Of a stretch of 64,000 bases of DNA, positions 1-12,300 are shown piece by piece. Below the pieces are notes generated by a model, which worked only from the letters and a program-made list of their open reading frames with translations, made no database searches and was not told the DNA's origin. Made by a program: the position numbers and the translations under genes. The stretch's first letter is position 1. Each line of letters opens with the position of its first letter. The stretch is from Paraspadella gotoi (lineage: Eukaryota; Animalia; Chaetognatha): contig CM119267.1 in assembly GCA_051294375.1 (NCBI GenBank), forward strand, positions 26,117,293-26,181,292, read 5' to 3'.

Positions 1-800
1 CAAGAAATAGATTGATAGAAAGTAAAATAAATAGGGATATTGAGTAAGAAAAAGAAAGTCATTGTTGTTATTATGTTATACTTATTATTGTTATTATTAT
101 TATTATATATTTTTACTTTTTAAAATAAATAATTAAAATTATTTTTTATTTTTTATTTAAATTAATTTTTACCAGAATGATTTTGTCCAAACTTAGGATT
201 AAGCTCAATCAACCTCTTTTCTGGCCACACACAAAATTTTAGATCAATCCATCAATTTACTCAAGTGTAATGATCGGTTAAAATTACTGATGGATGGACA
301 AATGAATAAATGTATGGAAAGGGAAGGATTCAATTTTTTTAAATTATTTTTTATAAATTAGTATTCTAAGATGAACCAAGTAATTTACCAACAAAATATG
401 AGGGGTGGACAGATGAACGGATAAAATGGTTTATAGAATTAAACTATTATAAGAAAAAAAATTTTTATATATTTTTTTTTTATTATCCTATATTTAGTCA
501 TATCCTAACTACCAAATATTATTTTGTATTGATTTTTTTTTATATATGAAAAAATATGATGTTTCATATAACCTATTCAGAAATAACGATTTCAATCACC
601 GATTTTTTTTAATGTATTTATATTTTTAAATTTTATTTATTTAATTTATCTCTCTTTCCTTCTTTTTATATTATATATTAATTAATTATTAATTTTTTTA
701 TTATTTTTATTTTTATTATTGGAAAGTTTAACTGTTTAACTTAAGCTTGTTTATCAAGTTAATTGGGAGGGCCGCCGTCCCTTTTTTTTTTAATTCGAAG

Positions 801-957
801 ATTAAAGAGACTCGAGTCGGCGAAGTCGACAACGAGGGGCGTGTTTGCTGCGTCTGCAGCGTCTTCGGAGTCCGTTGCTGCTGACGTCAACCAAAACAAA
901 CAACGCGACCTTCCAACGCTTTTGGTTTGGATGACCCATGACAATTCTACCTCTTAA
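801..957 (+). CDS. Possible terminal exon of an upstream gene (LKRLESAKSTTRGVF...WMTHDNSTS*)
   Basis: GC-rich island with a T-tract plus AG acceptor (ttttttttttaattcgaag, ending 800) and an open frame to TAA 957. Codon style resembles the other + strand exons. No recognisable homology. Confidence 0.3.
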
Positions 958-1242
958 TATTGTTTCCTTATTCAGTTAATGAGTATTTGTTTTTCCTCGT
1001 TCACCTTTCTCTTTGACAACTGCCAATGATTCGAAAATTTTCGTTACTAGTTCGAGTTCGAGTTCAAAGTTGTTGCTTTTTTTTCCTTACACAAAAAAAT
1101 AATTTGTTTGATTACAATTTTTAAAACTAAATTACATTCGCCGACCGGGATTTTGAGGTCGGTTATACCGGTTGGTTACGCCGTAACTTACGGACGTCGA
1201 ATAGTAAAGTTACCCCTAAATTATTATAATTTTTGGAATATT

Positions 1243-1685
1243 TTTTAGTTGGATCTGCTTTCAGCAGATCCCGACTCTATAATTCACTTTGTCGGTCCGC
1301 CCCCTCAATCTTGTCGGGCATTCACTTATATCATGTCAGAACATCGAATTATGATAAATTATGCAAAAAAAAACGATGTCTGTCCGTCCGTCCGTCCGTC
1401 CGTCCCACCTTAGCAAAAAACACCAATTACTCGTGATTGGATAGATGGATTGGAATGAAATTTTGTGTGTGGGTAGGGAAGTGTGTGATTGAGCTGGATA
1501 TGAAGTTTCGATGGAATCGTCCGAGTGGAAATGAGTTTAAATGGAAAAAACAAAAAAATATATTTCACTATTTAAACACCAATTACTCATGAGTGGATGG
1601 GGCGATTGACTTGAAATTTTGTATTTAGGTAGAAAGGTGTGTGAATAAACTGGAAATCAAGTTTCGATGGAATCGTTTGAGTGGA
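1243..1685 (+). mobile_element. HINE/DINE-1-like element, 5' part, cut off at the LTR element
   Basis: Starts with TTTTTAGTTGGATCTGC...GCAGATCCCGAC palindrome, then (GTCC)n microsatellite and ~120-bp internal repeats, as in the other family copies. Confidence 0.75.
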
Positions 1686-4600
1686 TGTTAGATCCAAAGA
1701 CTCGCGAATCGTGATATATGAGTTCGAATTTACTCGTCACAAGGATTTATCGTTTGGATCATTTCGTCATTCGTGCTTTAGTTTATTCATTGGTTTTTGA
1801 GTTTATACTGATTTTTGTAATTCTTTTGTGTTTAAATAATTCTTTATTGTACTGTTTGAATATCTATATGCTTTGATTATTTTATTAAGGTACCCTTTTT
1901 AAACTCTTCATAAACTCAGAGAAATAAAGAGACTATTTGATCGTCGATCTGCTCAAGCCACCAAATCATGCCTTTGAAGAATCTCTGGACTACCGAAGCA
2001 TCTCGCCGGGGTTGAGGAGTTTCCTCAAATATTCTTCGAATATTCTCGGGGGCGTTTTAGGAGGAGGACGGACGCGCGGGTCCTAACAGCTTGGTGCATC
2101 GTACGCCGTGATCAAGGTACATCCTTGCAAAGAACTTGGAGGCTTCAAAACTCGGAAATAAAAACTCGGAAAACTGGAAATCCGTCAAAGGCACAAGAAA
2201 TCTCGGAAAATTAAATTAAGAAAACTCTCTTCTGGTTTGGATAGGCCGTACACTGTGGCAATTTAAGGCGATTGGAATCTGTGCTCTGACGCTTTAAAAC
2301 TAAGCCACAGGTTAAAATGAAATAAGTGACGTTTGGTACATTGCAGTGAAGCGGATAATAAATTGTGTCTTCATGAGGTTAACGAATGAGCACCGTAAAT
2401 TTATTATGCAAGTAGTTAATCCCAAACTCGGGTTCATAGTTAGACCCACGCGTCACACCAACCCAGCAAGAAGTATCACTATGATCTTTCATTGCTTAAA
2501 ATTTAAACAAATCATTTGACCGAGCTCATACATTACACTTATGTCACATCCATATGCAAAGAGCACTAATCGACGTTAGAAAAGTATTATGCATTTTTAT
2601 TACTTACTCTTCCTTCTATTGTATTTTTATGGATATTCCTTTTAACTTTTTAATTTGGGGTTTTTATCTTTTTTTTAAATTCTTTCAAAACAACCTTTTA
2701 TTACATGTTTTTATCATAGCATAGTTGGACACATATTTGTATTTTCAATTACAAATTTTTTTTACACATTTTAAATATTTACATTTGTACAATCATACCA
2801 TTACAAATTCAAAATGCAGGCCAACAATGGCAGATTGATGCTACAGTCAAGACGATCAGCACTGCGCCCAAAAGGATTGATTGTGAGTGTTATAACTGGA
2901 TCCCAACCAAGTTGGAACCAGGACACTTTCACCACGTATCAAAACCTGCCGCAAGCAACTAAAAAGAATTGCAATCTACTTGAAGAAACTCTCAGTATCC
3001 TGTTTAAAAATGAAGCAGAGAAATTAAGGTTTTTGGCTTTACCAAAAGTCAAAATCTGCCACATGTTGAATGACATCTAAGAACATCTTGAAGCAATGGC
3101 CTCAGGCAATGCATCTCCTTATAGCATGTAAAATTTACTTTATAACATTTCATAGAGTCGCACTTTAGTTAATACAAAAACAAGCAAAAAAAAAAACAAA
3201 ACATAAAAACAAAAAAGAATTAAAATTTTTTTTTCTTTTCATCCCCGGGGATTTCTTTTTATTCTTCCTTCTTTTTAGCCTTTTTAGCCTTTTTATTTAG
3301 CATCAAAGCCTAATCAAGTTTCATTGCAGAATAAAGCCATATTTACAATTTACAATTCAATACACTTTTACACATTTTATATAAATTGACATTCAAAAGA
3401 CGCGCCTACAGCTATCCATACCGCAAATTGCGGAACTCTTAAGAAATTGATACGACGCGGCGTGTTATCCGTAATAACATAGGACTTTCGCGACGGAAAT
3501 CGATTCTGATGGATTTCTCTCGGAAGGAAAAACGAAATTTAACGTCGAACTTTATGCAGTGACGTCGCCAATCTCTCAAATCGTATCTTTGCGACTTCGA
3601 GCATTTCTCTCGGGACATTTGCAACGATCGGCTTCCTCTTTCCTCTCCCTCATTACGATCTTTCGACTCTCAAATTACGCGCGTCGATTGAAACACAAAT
3701 CGTAAAGAAATCACTGCCAAAGGAAAATGACGGCGCGACTTTCTATTCTCGATCATTAAAAGAAATAAAAATTTTGCAATTCGTTTTTATTCACAACTTA
3801 AAAAAATAAAAAAAATAATGTGGACGCCAACTTTTGTTCGGCAAAGGGGGACGACTGGAGATACAAAGCTCTGGCGTTCTCCACAAACTCCACGAGGGTT
3901 ACGACTAGAAAAAAAAGCTCTGGCGTTCCCCACCAAAAAAAAAAACAAAAAAAAAAAAATAAAAATTGGAAACACGTTTCACGAAATAAACAATGGACGA
4001 TGAATTTGAAACGAATAAAAGGTGGAAAATTTAAGTTATTGAATCTGATGCCCTTTTGAAGTCATGGAGTTACAAGATCCCTCTTTTTCTTTGCCGGCAA
4101 AACATTTCATTTCGATCTATTTAAATGCTAAAGAATGTTGCTCCCTCTGCTGCTGTTTCGGTGAAAAAAAGGACTCTTTTCTCACTCGTCAAGATGTTAC
4201 TCTTTCGCTTGTCAACTCCAAACTCTCAAGAAGGATTCCGCCAGTAGTTTTAGAAGAAAGTCCCGCGTGGCAGGAAAAGTGCAATTACAAGTTTACGTTT
4301 CCATCGATTCCAAAGACGATTCCATCGATTCCAAAGACGTTTCCATCGATTCCAAAGACTTTTCTATCGATCCCATCGATACGAGGACGCATCGAACTCG
4401 GGGTGGGGGAGGAGCTGTTAGATCCAAAGACTCGCGAATCGTGATATCTGAGTTCAAACTTTACTTCGTCACAAGGATTTATCGTTTGGATCATTTCGTC
4501 ATTCGTGCTTTAGTTTATTCATTGGTTTTTGAGTTTATACTGATTTTTGTAATTCTTTTGTGTTTAAATAATAATTCTTTATTGTACTGTTTGAATATCT

Positions 4601-4823
4601 ATATGCTTTGATTATTTTATTAAGGTACCCTTTTTAAACTCTTCATAAACTCAGAGAAATAAAGAGACTATTTGATTGTCGATCTGCTAAAGCCACCAAA
4701 TCATGCCTTTGAAGAATCTCTGGACTACTGAAGCATCTCGCCGGGGTTGAGGAGTTTCCTCAAATATTCTTCGAATATTCTCGGGGGCGTTTTAGGAGGA
4801 GGACGGACCGGCGGGTCCTAACA
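1686..4823 (+). mobile_element. Non-autonomous LTR retroelement (about 3.1 kb)
   Basis: Direct repeats 1686-2088 and 4416-4823, each TGTTAG...CTAACA, with about ten differences. PBS TGGTGCATCG at 2092 (complement of tRNA-Gly 3' end). PPT GGGGTGGGGGAGGAG at 4400-4414. AATAAA inside the LTR. No gag/pol ORF. Confidence 0.85.
4297..4380. repeat. 21-bp tandem repeat (TTTCCATCGATTCCAAAGACG) x ~3.5
   Basis: Seen directly just upstream of the PPT. It produces the PSIPKT and SIDSKD periodic pseudo-ORFs. Confidence 0.85.
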
Positions 4824-5754
4824 ATCCCATCAATCATTTGATTATCATCACATCAGTCATTTGATTATCATCACATCAGTCATTTTGTTATCATCGCATC
4901 AATTATTGGTTATCATCGCGTCAATATTTGGTTATCATCGCATCAATATTTGGTTACCATCGAAAGCTGGCTCGATCCTTATGCTTTTAAGATTTTTTAA
5001 TTACATGTCTCTCTCCCTCTCTCTTTTCCCTCATCACTGATTCATAATCATAGGGAAAAAACGAGTCTGCAGCTGGCTCTGCAGTGTCTTATTCTTTTTT
5101 TCTCTTTTCTCCTGCTGCTTCTGCTGCTGCCTTTTGATTTCTTTCTTTTCTCTCTCTCTCTCTGCGTTTTTATTAAAAAAAAAAAATTGAAATAGGATTG
5201 AACTCGTAAAATTAGGCATCGCATTTGTGCATGTTATCATTTTGCTATCGCAACATCAGGTTTTTTTTTGTTTTTATTCCTCAGGGGCTGCGTCTGCTGA
5301 TTAATTTATTTTTTGACAATGAAAATTTTTTTTCTTTTTTATTTTTCAGAAACTGTAACTTTAATTCATAATTTATAAAATATAATTTTTCTTTCTGTTT
5401 ATAAATTTTTTTTTTTCTCAAATTTTATTTTTTTTTAGTATCAAAATTTGTCGTCAATCCATATTTTTCTTATGCTTTTAAGATTTTTTAATTGAATTTT
5501 AAAGTTTTGTTATAATTTTTATACAAAATAATTAGAAATTAATTAACGACTATGTCATTCTTTGTCAAATTTAACTTTCTCTATATCAATCATTATTTAC
5601 TAAAAGAAAGCTTTAATTTGAACCCATTCTCATAGGCCTACGATTATTTGTTCTCAAGTTATTAATGAAAATAACTTTATTTATTGTAAAAATAGTAACA
5701 ATTTGGTAATTAGTATATATTATATATATATATTATATCCTTACAACTGTTCAT

Positions 5755-6369
5755 TAGGGTGAAGTGAAAGTTTGGAATCAAAATTTAACAGTTATATCTT
5801 GAAAACTATCATATTAGTGAATACTAATCTATAATTATTTTTCTTTTTTTACAAATATAGTAGCCCAGTCAGCTTATTTTGTATATAGTACTACCCTTAT
5901 ATAATATCAAAATTTCAAAAAATTTTTTTTTTAAATTCTGAGAACAGTTTCAGATTCCTCGTTAAAAGTTGATAAAAGAAAATATAAATCTTTTTCAAAA
6001 ATTATGTCATTAAATAGGTTAAAATTATAAAAAAATATATTTTTAAGCTCGAAATTGCAAATCGGCATCTTAAATATAGTTTTCTACATTTTTAACCAAC
6101 TTAATGAAAGAATTTTTAAAAAAGAATTATACTTTCTTATATCAACTTTTTGTAAGAAATCCAAATTCGATCTTAAAATTTAAAAATTTGCAATTTGAAA
6201 TTTTAGCCTATTATATACTTATTACTATATATAAATATAGCTCACTGTTGCCCACTAATGTTTAAAATTAAAAAATTAATTTACCAAAGTATTTTTATTT
6301 GTTTTTATATTCATGTTTTATATGTTAAATTTTAATTTTCTAAAATTGTATCATTTTCACATCACTCTA
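5755..6369. mobile_element. hAT-type MITE
   Basis: TIRs TAGGGTGAAGTGAAA / TTTCACATCACTCTA. 8-bp TSD CTGTTCAT at 5747-5754 and 6370-6377. Confidence 0.8.
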
Positions 6370-7165
6370 CTGTTCATATTTAAACCACTACGGGGTATCC
6401 CCGCCTCGATTTTTAAAGGGGATCGCAGATTGAAGCCCGATCCCGCCGCGAATTCCTAGAATAAATCCCACTCTCTCTCTTTTTTCACTCTCTCTCTTTT
6501 TCTCTCTTTCTCTTTTTCACTCACTCTTTTTTTTTTCTCTCTCTTTCTTACTCTCTCTGTATTCCTTTTTTATTTTACTTTTTTTTCTATTTCTTTTTTT
6601 ACTTTCCAATCAAACATTTTGTTAATTTAATATGGTTAATTAATTTAAAAAAAGGAAAGATATTATTTTACTAATTGTTTAAAAAAATATCAATTAAAAA
6701 TCTAAAAAAGTTAATAGTATTCTAAATCAGTAAAAATCAAATTGTGTAATTTATTAAAAAAATTATAATATTACCTTTTTACTATATTATCCTTTTACTA
6801 TTTGGCATTAGAAAAAATTCTTTTGTTTTTCAATTCAAGCTGAAAGTTTTTAGTTTTACTTAGAATAAAAAAAGCAAACAATGCCGGATCTGATGACGAT
6901 CATTAGCGATAATTAATTAATTAATTAGTTAAAACAATAATTAATTAGTTTCTTATATATTAATTAATAAATAAATTAATTATTTTTACAAACTAACAAC
7001 AAATGGATAATTGTTATATTGTTTGTACCAATTTTATGAATTATTTTTTATAAATAAATTGATAATATAAATCTTAATATAAAAATTAAAACCATATAAG
7101 TTAAAGGTTAATATAAATTAAAAAAATTACCAAAAAAATAATACAAGTTAAAAAAAATAATACAA

Positions 7166-7503
7166 CATCGCAGAGGAATCAAGACTCCAGAATCGAAATC
7201 GGATCGGCGACGCGAGCAAACTCCGCCGGAAGTAGAATGGAACATTCTCATTGGTTGAAAGACAAATGGCATCGGCCAATGAGCAGATGGGCTTCTTTCC
7301 GGCTGTAAACTTTACCCTTACCTCCGATCCGATTTCAGGGTATAAATAGGAACCCAACTTGTATTGATTTACTCTGCCTCAAGAATTGACACCGTCTTGT
7401 ATATATTGTCTTAATTCTGAAGAAATAAAATCCACTTTGGTTTCGCCTAGAAATCCCTGTCTATTTACTTAAATGTGGTGGCAGCGGTGGGATTCGAACC
7501 CAC
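7166..7503 (+). mobile_element. LTR fragment ending in an extended tRNA-Leu primer-binding sequence
   Basis: CCAAT boxes at 7250 and 7276, TATAAATA at 7341, AATAAA at 7424. Then TGGTGGCAGCGGTGGGATTCGAACCCAC (7476-7503), the reverse complement of the mature tRNA-Leu 3' end including CCA. Inserted into a minisatellite. Confidence 0.7.
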
Positions 7504-7504
7504 A

Positions 7505-8630
7505 AGTTAAAAAAAATAATACAAGTTAAAAAAAATAATACAAGTTAAAAAAATGATGCAAGTTAAAAAAAATGATGCAAGTTAAAAAAAATGATGCAAG
7601 TTAAAAAAAATGATGCAATTTGAAAAAATGATGCAAGGTGCAAGGTGCAAAAATGATATAAGGTGCAAAAATGATATAAGGTGCAAAAATGAGTAAATTT
7701 AAGGCTGCAAAAAATGATATAAGTGCAAAAAAATGATATAAGGTGCCAAAAAATGATATAAGGTGCAAAAATGATATAAGGTGCAAAAATGATATAAGGT
7801 GCAAAAATGATATAAGGTTGCAAAAATGATATAAGGTGCAAAAATGATATAAGGTGCAAAAAATGATATAAGGTGCAAAAATGATATATAGGTGCAAAAA
7901 TGTGATATAAGGTGCAAAAATGATATAAGGTGCAAAAATGATATAAGGTGCAAAAATGATATAAGTGCAAAAAAATGATATAAGGTGCAAAAATGATATA
8001 AGGTGCCAAAAATGATATAAGGTGCAAAAAATGAATATAAGGTGCAAAAAAGATATAAGGTGCAAAAATGATATAAGGTGCAAAAATGATATTAAGGTGC
8101 AAAAATGATATAAGGTGCAAAAATGATATAAGGTGCAAAAATGATATAAGGTGCAAAAAATGAATAAGTGCAAAATGATATAAGGTTGCAAAAAAATGGA
8201 TATAAGGTGCAAAAATGATATTAAGGTGCCAAAAATGATATAAGGTGCAAAAATGATAATAAGGTGCAAAAATGATATAAGGTGCAAAAAATGATGCAAG
8301 TTAAAAAAATATGCAAATCAAAAAAATATACAAGTTTAAAAATGAAACTAGTTTAAAAAATGATGCAGGTTAAAAAATTATCTAAGATAAAAACATGATT
8401 CAAAGTAAAAAAAAGATGCAAGTTGAAAAAATAATACAAATTAAAAAAGATAATGCAATTCAAAAAATGATATAGGTTAAAATAGAAAGCAAATTAAAAA
8501 TATGATTCAAGTTGTAAAATAATGTAAATAAAAAAAGAATGCATGTTAAAAAATGATGCCAGTTTAAAAAATGATGCCAGTTAAAATAATAATGCAAATC
8601 AAAAAAGGTGCAAGTTTAAAAAATGATGCT
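7505..8630. repeat. 18-bp minisatellite (AAAAATGATATAAGGTGC)n with diverged AAAAAATGATGCAAGTT flanks
   Basis: Homogeneous core at about 7640-8290. It explains the LHLISF / APYIIF / CTLYHF periodic ORFs. Confidence 0.95.
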
Positions 8631-9307
8631 CGATAAAAAAATTATTTGATTAATAGAATGAATAAAGTAAATAAATAAATATAATTATGAATAAATGATT
8701 TAATTAAATATTCATAGGAATAAATTAACTAATTAATTATCTTTTGTTTAAAATAAAAAAGGAATAAATTGAGTGAATGAATGTATTAAAAGAAAAATAA
8801 TAATATATAAAAATATATGCTTATGTACAACTTATTAGATAAAATAAATATAAACAGAACTAGAAATATTTTCTTTTTGAATAAAAAATATGTTAATAAA
8901 CTGATGTTAATAAGCTGATAAACGCTTCAGAATTTAGCAATATCTAAATTTGAAAAAAAAAAAAAATTTGGAACAATAGAAAGGTTTCAATTTGGCAAAA
9001 ACCTTTTGATTTTCGCCTATAAAAACAAAAGCACAAGAGGCAAACGCGCAACGTTTTTTGCGCCTCCGCATTCGCCTCCCTTCTCCCCAATTTTTTACTC
9101 TAGTCCAAGTTCGCCACCTCCGCGCGTTTCTAGTCCGCCTCACGGATCGCGTCTGCATCTCTGATCAAGACTGAAGTTTTGTACCCCCGCCCCTTTTGAT
9201 TTTAATTTCATAGTAGATATCTATCATAAGGGCGCTTGGTTTTTAAAGTATTTCTTATTTGAATCTATTTTAGAAATTTTAAGAAAACAATTTGATTAAT
9301 AAGTACC

Positions 9308-12300
9308 ATGGCGCCTCATTCAGCGAGAAACGTCAAGATTAACGGCGGCATCATGCGTTTTTCCCGTTCGCGCATGTATCATAAGAAGGCCGCCTTTGTG
9401 AAAAATAAGAAGTCAGAGAAAAAAATGACCGCCAAGAAGGTCGGTATTGGAAATGGGTAAAAATTGTAATTTTGCTGTTGGATTTTTTTTTTTTTTTTTT
9501 TGTATATAATTTGATTGATAGTGTGGTTTAAAGATTTTTAGAAGTCTCAAAAACTAGAAATTTATTGGATCCTTTATGGCAACAGCCGGGTTGCCTGTGT
9601 GATGCCCATTGGGTTGGGGCATCTCACTGTTGGCTTTGAGGGCTTCCGACTCCAGTCACGGTCACGGTCTCGCTTTGCCAACGCAGAGGGAAGTCATTAG
9701 GACTGTGGATTAAAGCGTAGCAAAAATAAAAAAATCAAGTGGAATCAAAATTCGAATAGTAGATCACGAACAGGCCTGTACCTGTGAACATTTTTAAATA
9801 AAAAAAAAATATTTTTTATTTTTTTGCATACGCCCATATTTATACATAGTACTCACCATAGAAAATGTCGAAATTTTAAAATGTTTTTTTCTTATTTTTA
9901 AAAGCAGATTCGAATTCCTCACGAAAAGTTGATATAAGGAAATATAACTCTTTTTAGAAAATTATTTCATTAAGTGGGTCAAAATCAGAAAAAAAAAATA
10001 TAAATAATAAATAAAAAATAATAAATGATGTGTGATATCTATTAGAAAACTAGGACAGATTGTAATCTAACCTTGTGTTGTATAGATGCTCCCTCTATTT
10101 CCAGAAGACAACACTGACTTCTCCTTCCCAAAATGAGTTATTAGATGTAATGATAAGCTAAAAATTTTTGGAATGAGCAATTGATAGTATATTTAAAGAA
10201 TGTAGATTAAAAATAAATCCTTCATAAAAAATATAAAAAGAAAATAGTGAAACAAGTAATTTGAAAATTTTTATAATATTATAATTAACTAAAATTTAAT
10301 TTTAGTATAAAAAATATAGTTTTTTGAATTTTTGGCTAAACTTAATGAAGGAATTTTGATTAAGACTTATATTTTCTTTTATCAACTTTTTATGAGGAAT
10401 TCGTATCTGCTTTCAAAACTAAAAAAAATATTTTAAATTTTAACATTTTCTATAGTAAGTACTATGTATAAATGGGCGTATGTCACGATGCAAGTTAGCG
10501 TGGCGTAGTGTATGCAGCTATAAAAAAAAAATTGAGAAATTTTTAGTCGGATCTGCTTATCAGCAGATCCCGACNNNNNNNNNNNNNNNNNNNNNNNNNN
10601 NNNNNNNNNNNNNNNNNNNNNNNNNNNNNNNNNNNNNNNNNNNNNNNNNNNNNNNNNNNNNNNNNNNNNNNNNNNNNNNNNNNNNNNNNNNNNNNNNNNN
10701 NNNNNNNNNNNNNNNNNNNNNNNNNNNNNNNNNNNNNNNNNNNNNNNNNNNNNNNNNNNNNNNNNNNNNNNNNNNNNNNNNNNNNNNNNNNNNNNNNNNN
10801 NNNNNNNNNNNNNNNNNNNNNNNNNNNNNNNNNNNNNNNNNNNNNNNNNNNNNNNNNNNNNNNAAACAATGTCGGATCTGCCTACGATAATTAATTAATT
10901 AACCCATTAAAATTAATTAATTAATTTTAATATTTAATAATTAATTATNNNNNNNNNNNNNNNNNNNNNNNNNTATTGTCACATTCCAATGCAAAAGAGC
11001 ACTAATCGACGTTAAGAAAAGGTATTTATGCATTTTTATTACTTACTCTTCTTCTATTGTATTTTTATGGATTATTCCTTTTAACTTTTAATTTGGGGTT
11101 TTTTATCTTTTTTTAAATTCTTTCAAAACAACCAATTTTATTACATGTTTTTATCATAGCATAGTTGGACACATATTTTGGTATTTTCAATTACAAATTT
11201 TTTACACATTTTAAATATTTACATTTGTAGCAATCATACAATTACAATTCAACAAATGCAGGCCAACATGGCAATTATGCTAAAGTCAGACGATCAGCAC
11301 TGCGCCCTAAAAGGACTGATTGTGAGTTGTTATAACTGCGATCCCAACCAAAAGTTGGAACAAGGACACTTTCAACGCACGTATCAAAACGCTGCCGTCA
11401 AATAGCAACTAAAAAGAATTGCAATCTACTTGAAAGAAAGCTCCTCAGTATCCTGTTTAAAAATGAAGCAAGAGAAATTAAGGTTTTTGGGCTTTACCAA
11501 AAAGTCAAAATCATGCCACATGTTGAATGACCATCTAAAGAACATCTTTGGAGAAGCGAATGGCCTCAGGTCAATGCATGCTCCTGTCGTATTACTTTAT
11601 AACATTTTCATTAGAGTTCGCACTTTAGTTTAATACAAAAACACAGCAAAAAAAAAAAACAAAACATAAAAACCAAAAAGAATTAAAATTTTTTTTTTCT
11701 TTTCAATCCCCGGGGATTTCCTTTTTATTCTTTCTTCTTTTTAGCCTTTTTATAGGCGCTTTTTATTTAGCATCAAAGCCTTAATCAAGTTTCATTGGCA
11801 GAATAAAGCCAATATTTACATTCAATACCACTTTTCACATTTTATATAAATTGACAATTCAAAAGACGCGCCTACAGCTATCGCATACGCAAATTGCGGA
11901 ACTCTAAGAAATTGATACGACGCGGCGTGTTATCCGTAATTAACAATAGACTTTCGCGGACGGGAAATCGATTCTTGATGGATTTCTCTCGGAAGGAAAA
12001 AACGAAATTTAACGTCGAACTTTATGCAGTCGACGTCGGCCAAATCTTCAAAATCGCTTAATCTTTGGCGACTTCGCAGCATTTCTCTGCGGGACATTTG
12101 CAACGATGCGGACTTCCTCTTTCCTCTCCTCATACGATCTTTCACTTCTCAATTACGGGCGTGCGATTGAAACACAAATCGTAAAGAAATCACTCGCAAA
12201 GGAAAATGAACGGCGCGACTTTCTATCTCGATCATTAAAAGAAATAAAAATTTTTGGCAAATTCGTTTTATTCACAACTTAATAAAAATAAAAAAAATAA

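Noticed and set aside
7476-7503. tRNA-Leu gene
   Set aside because: Only the 3' 28 nt is present and it includes CCA, so it is a copy of mature tRNA rather than a gene.
7563-8299. Long minus-strand ORFs (197-232 aa) and their copies at 16264-17128
   Set aside because: They are translations of an 18-bp minisatellite.
7505-8300. CRISPR-like regular repeats
   Set aside because: The units are head-to-tail without unique spacers, there are no cas genes, and the context is eukaryotic.
10480-10890. ORFs across N runs (also 55686-56124)
   Set aside because: They are artefacts of assembly gaps.
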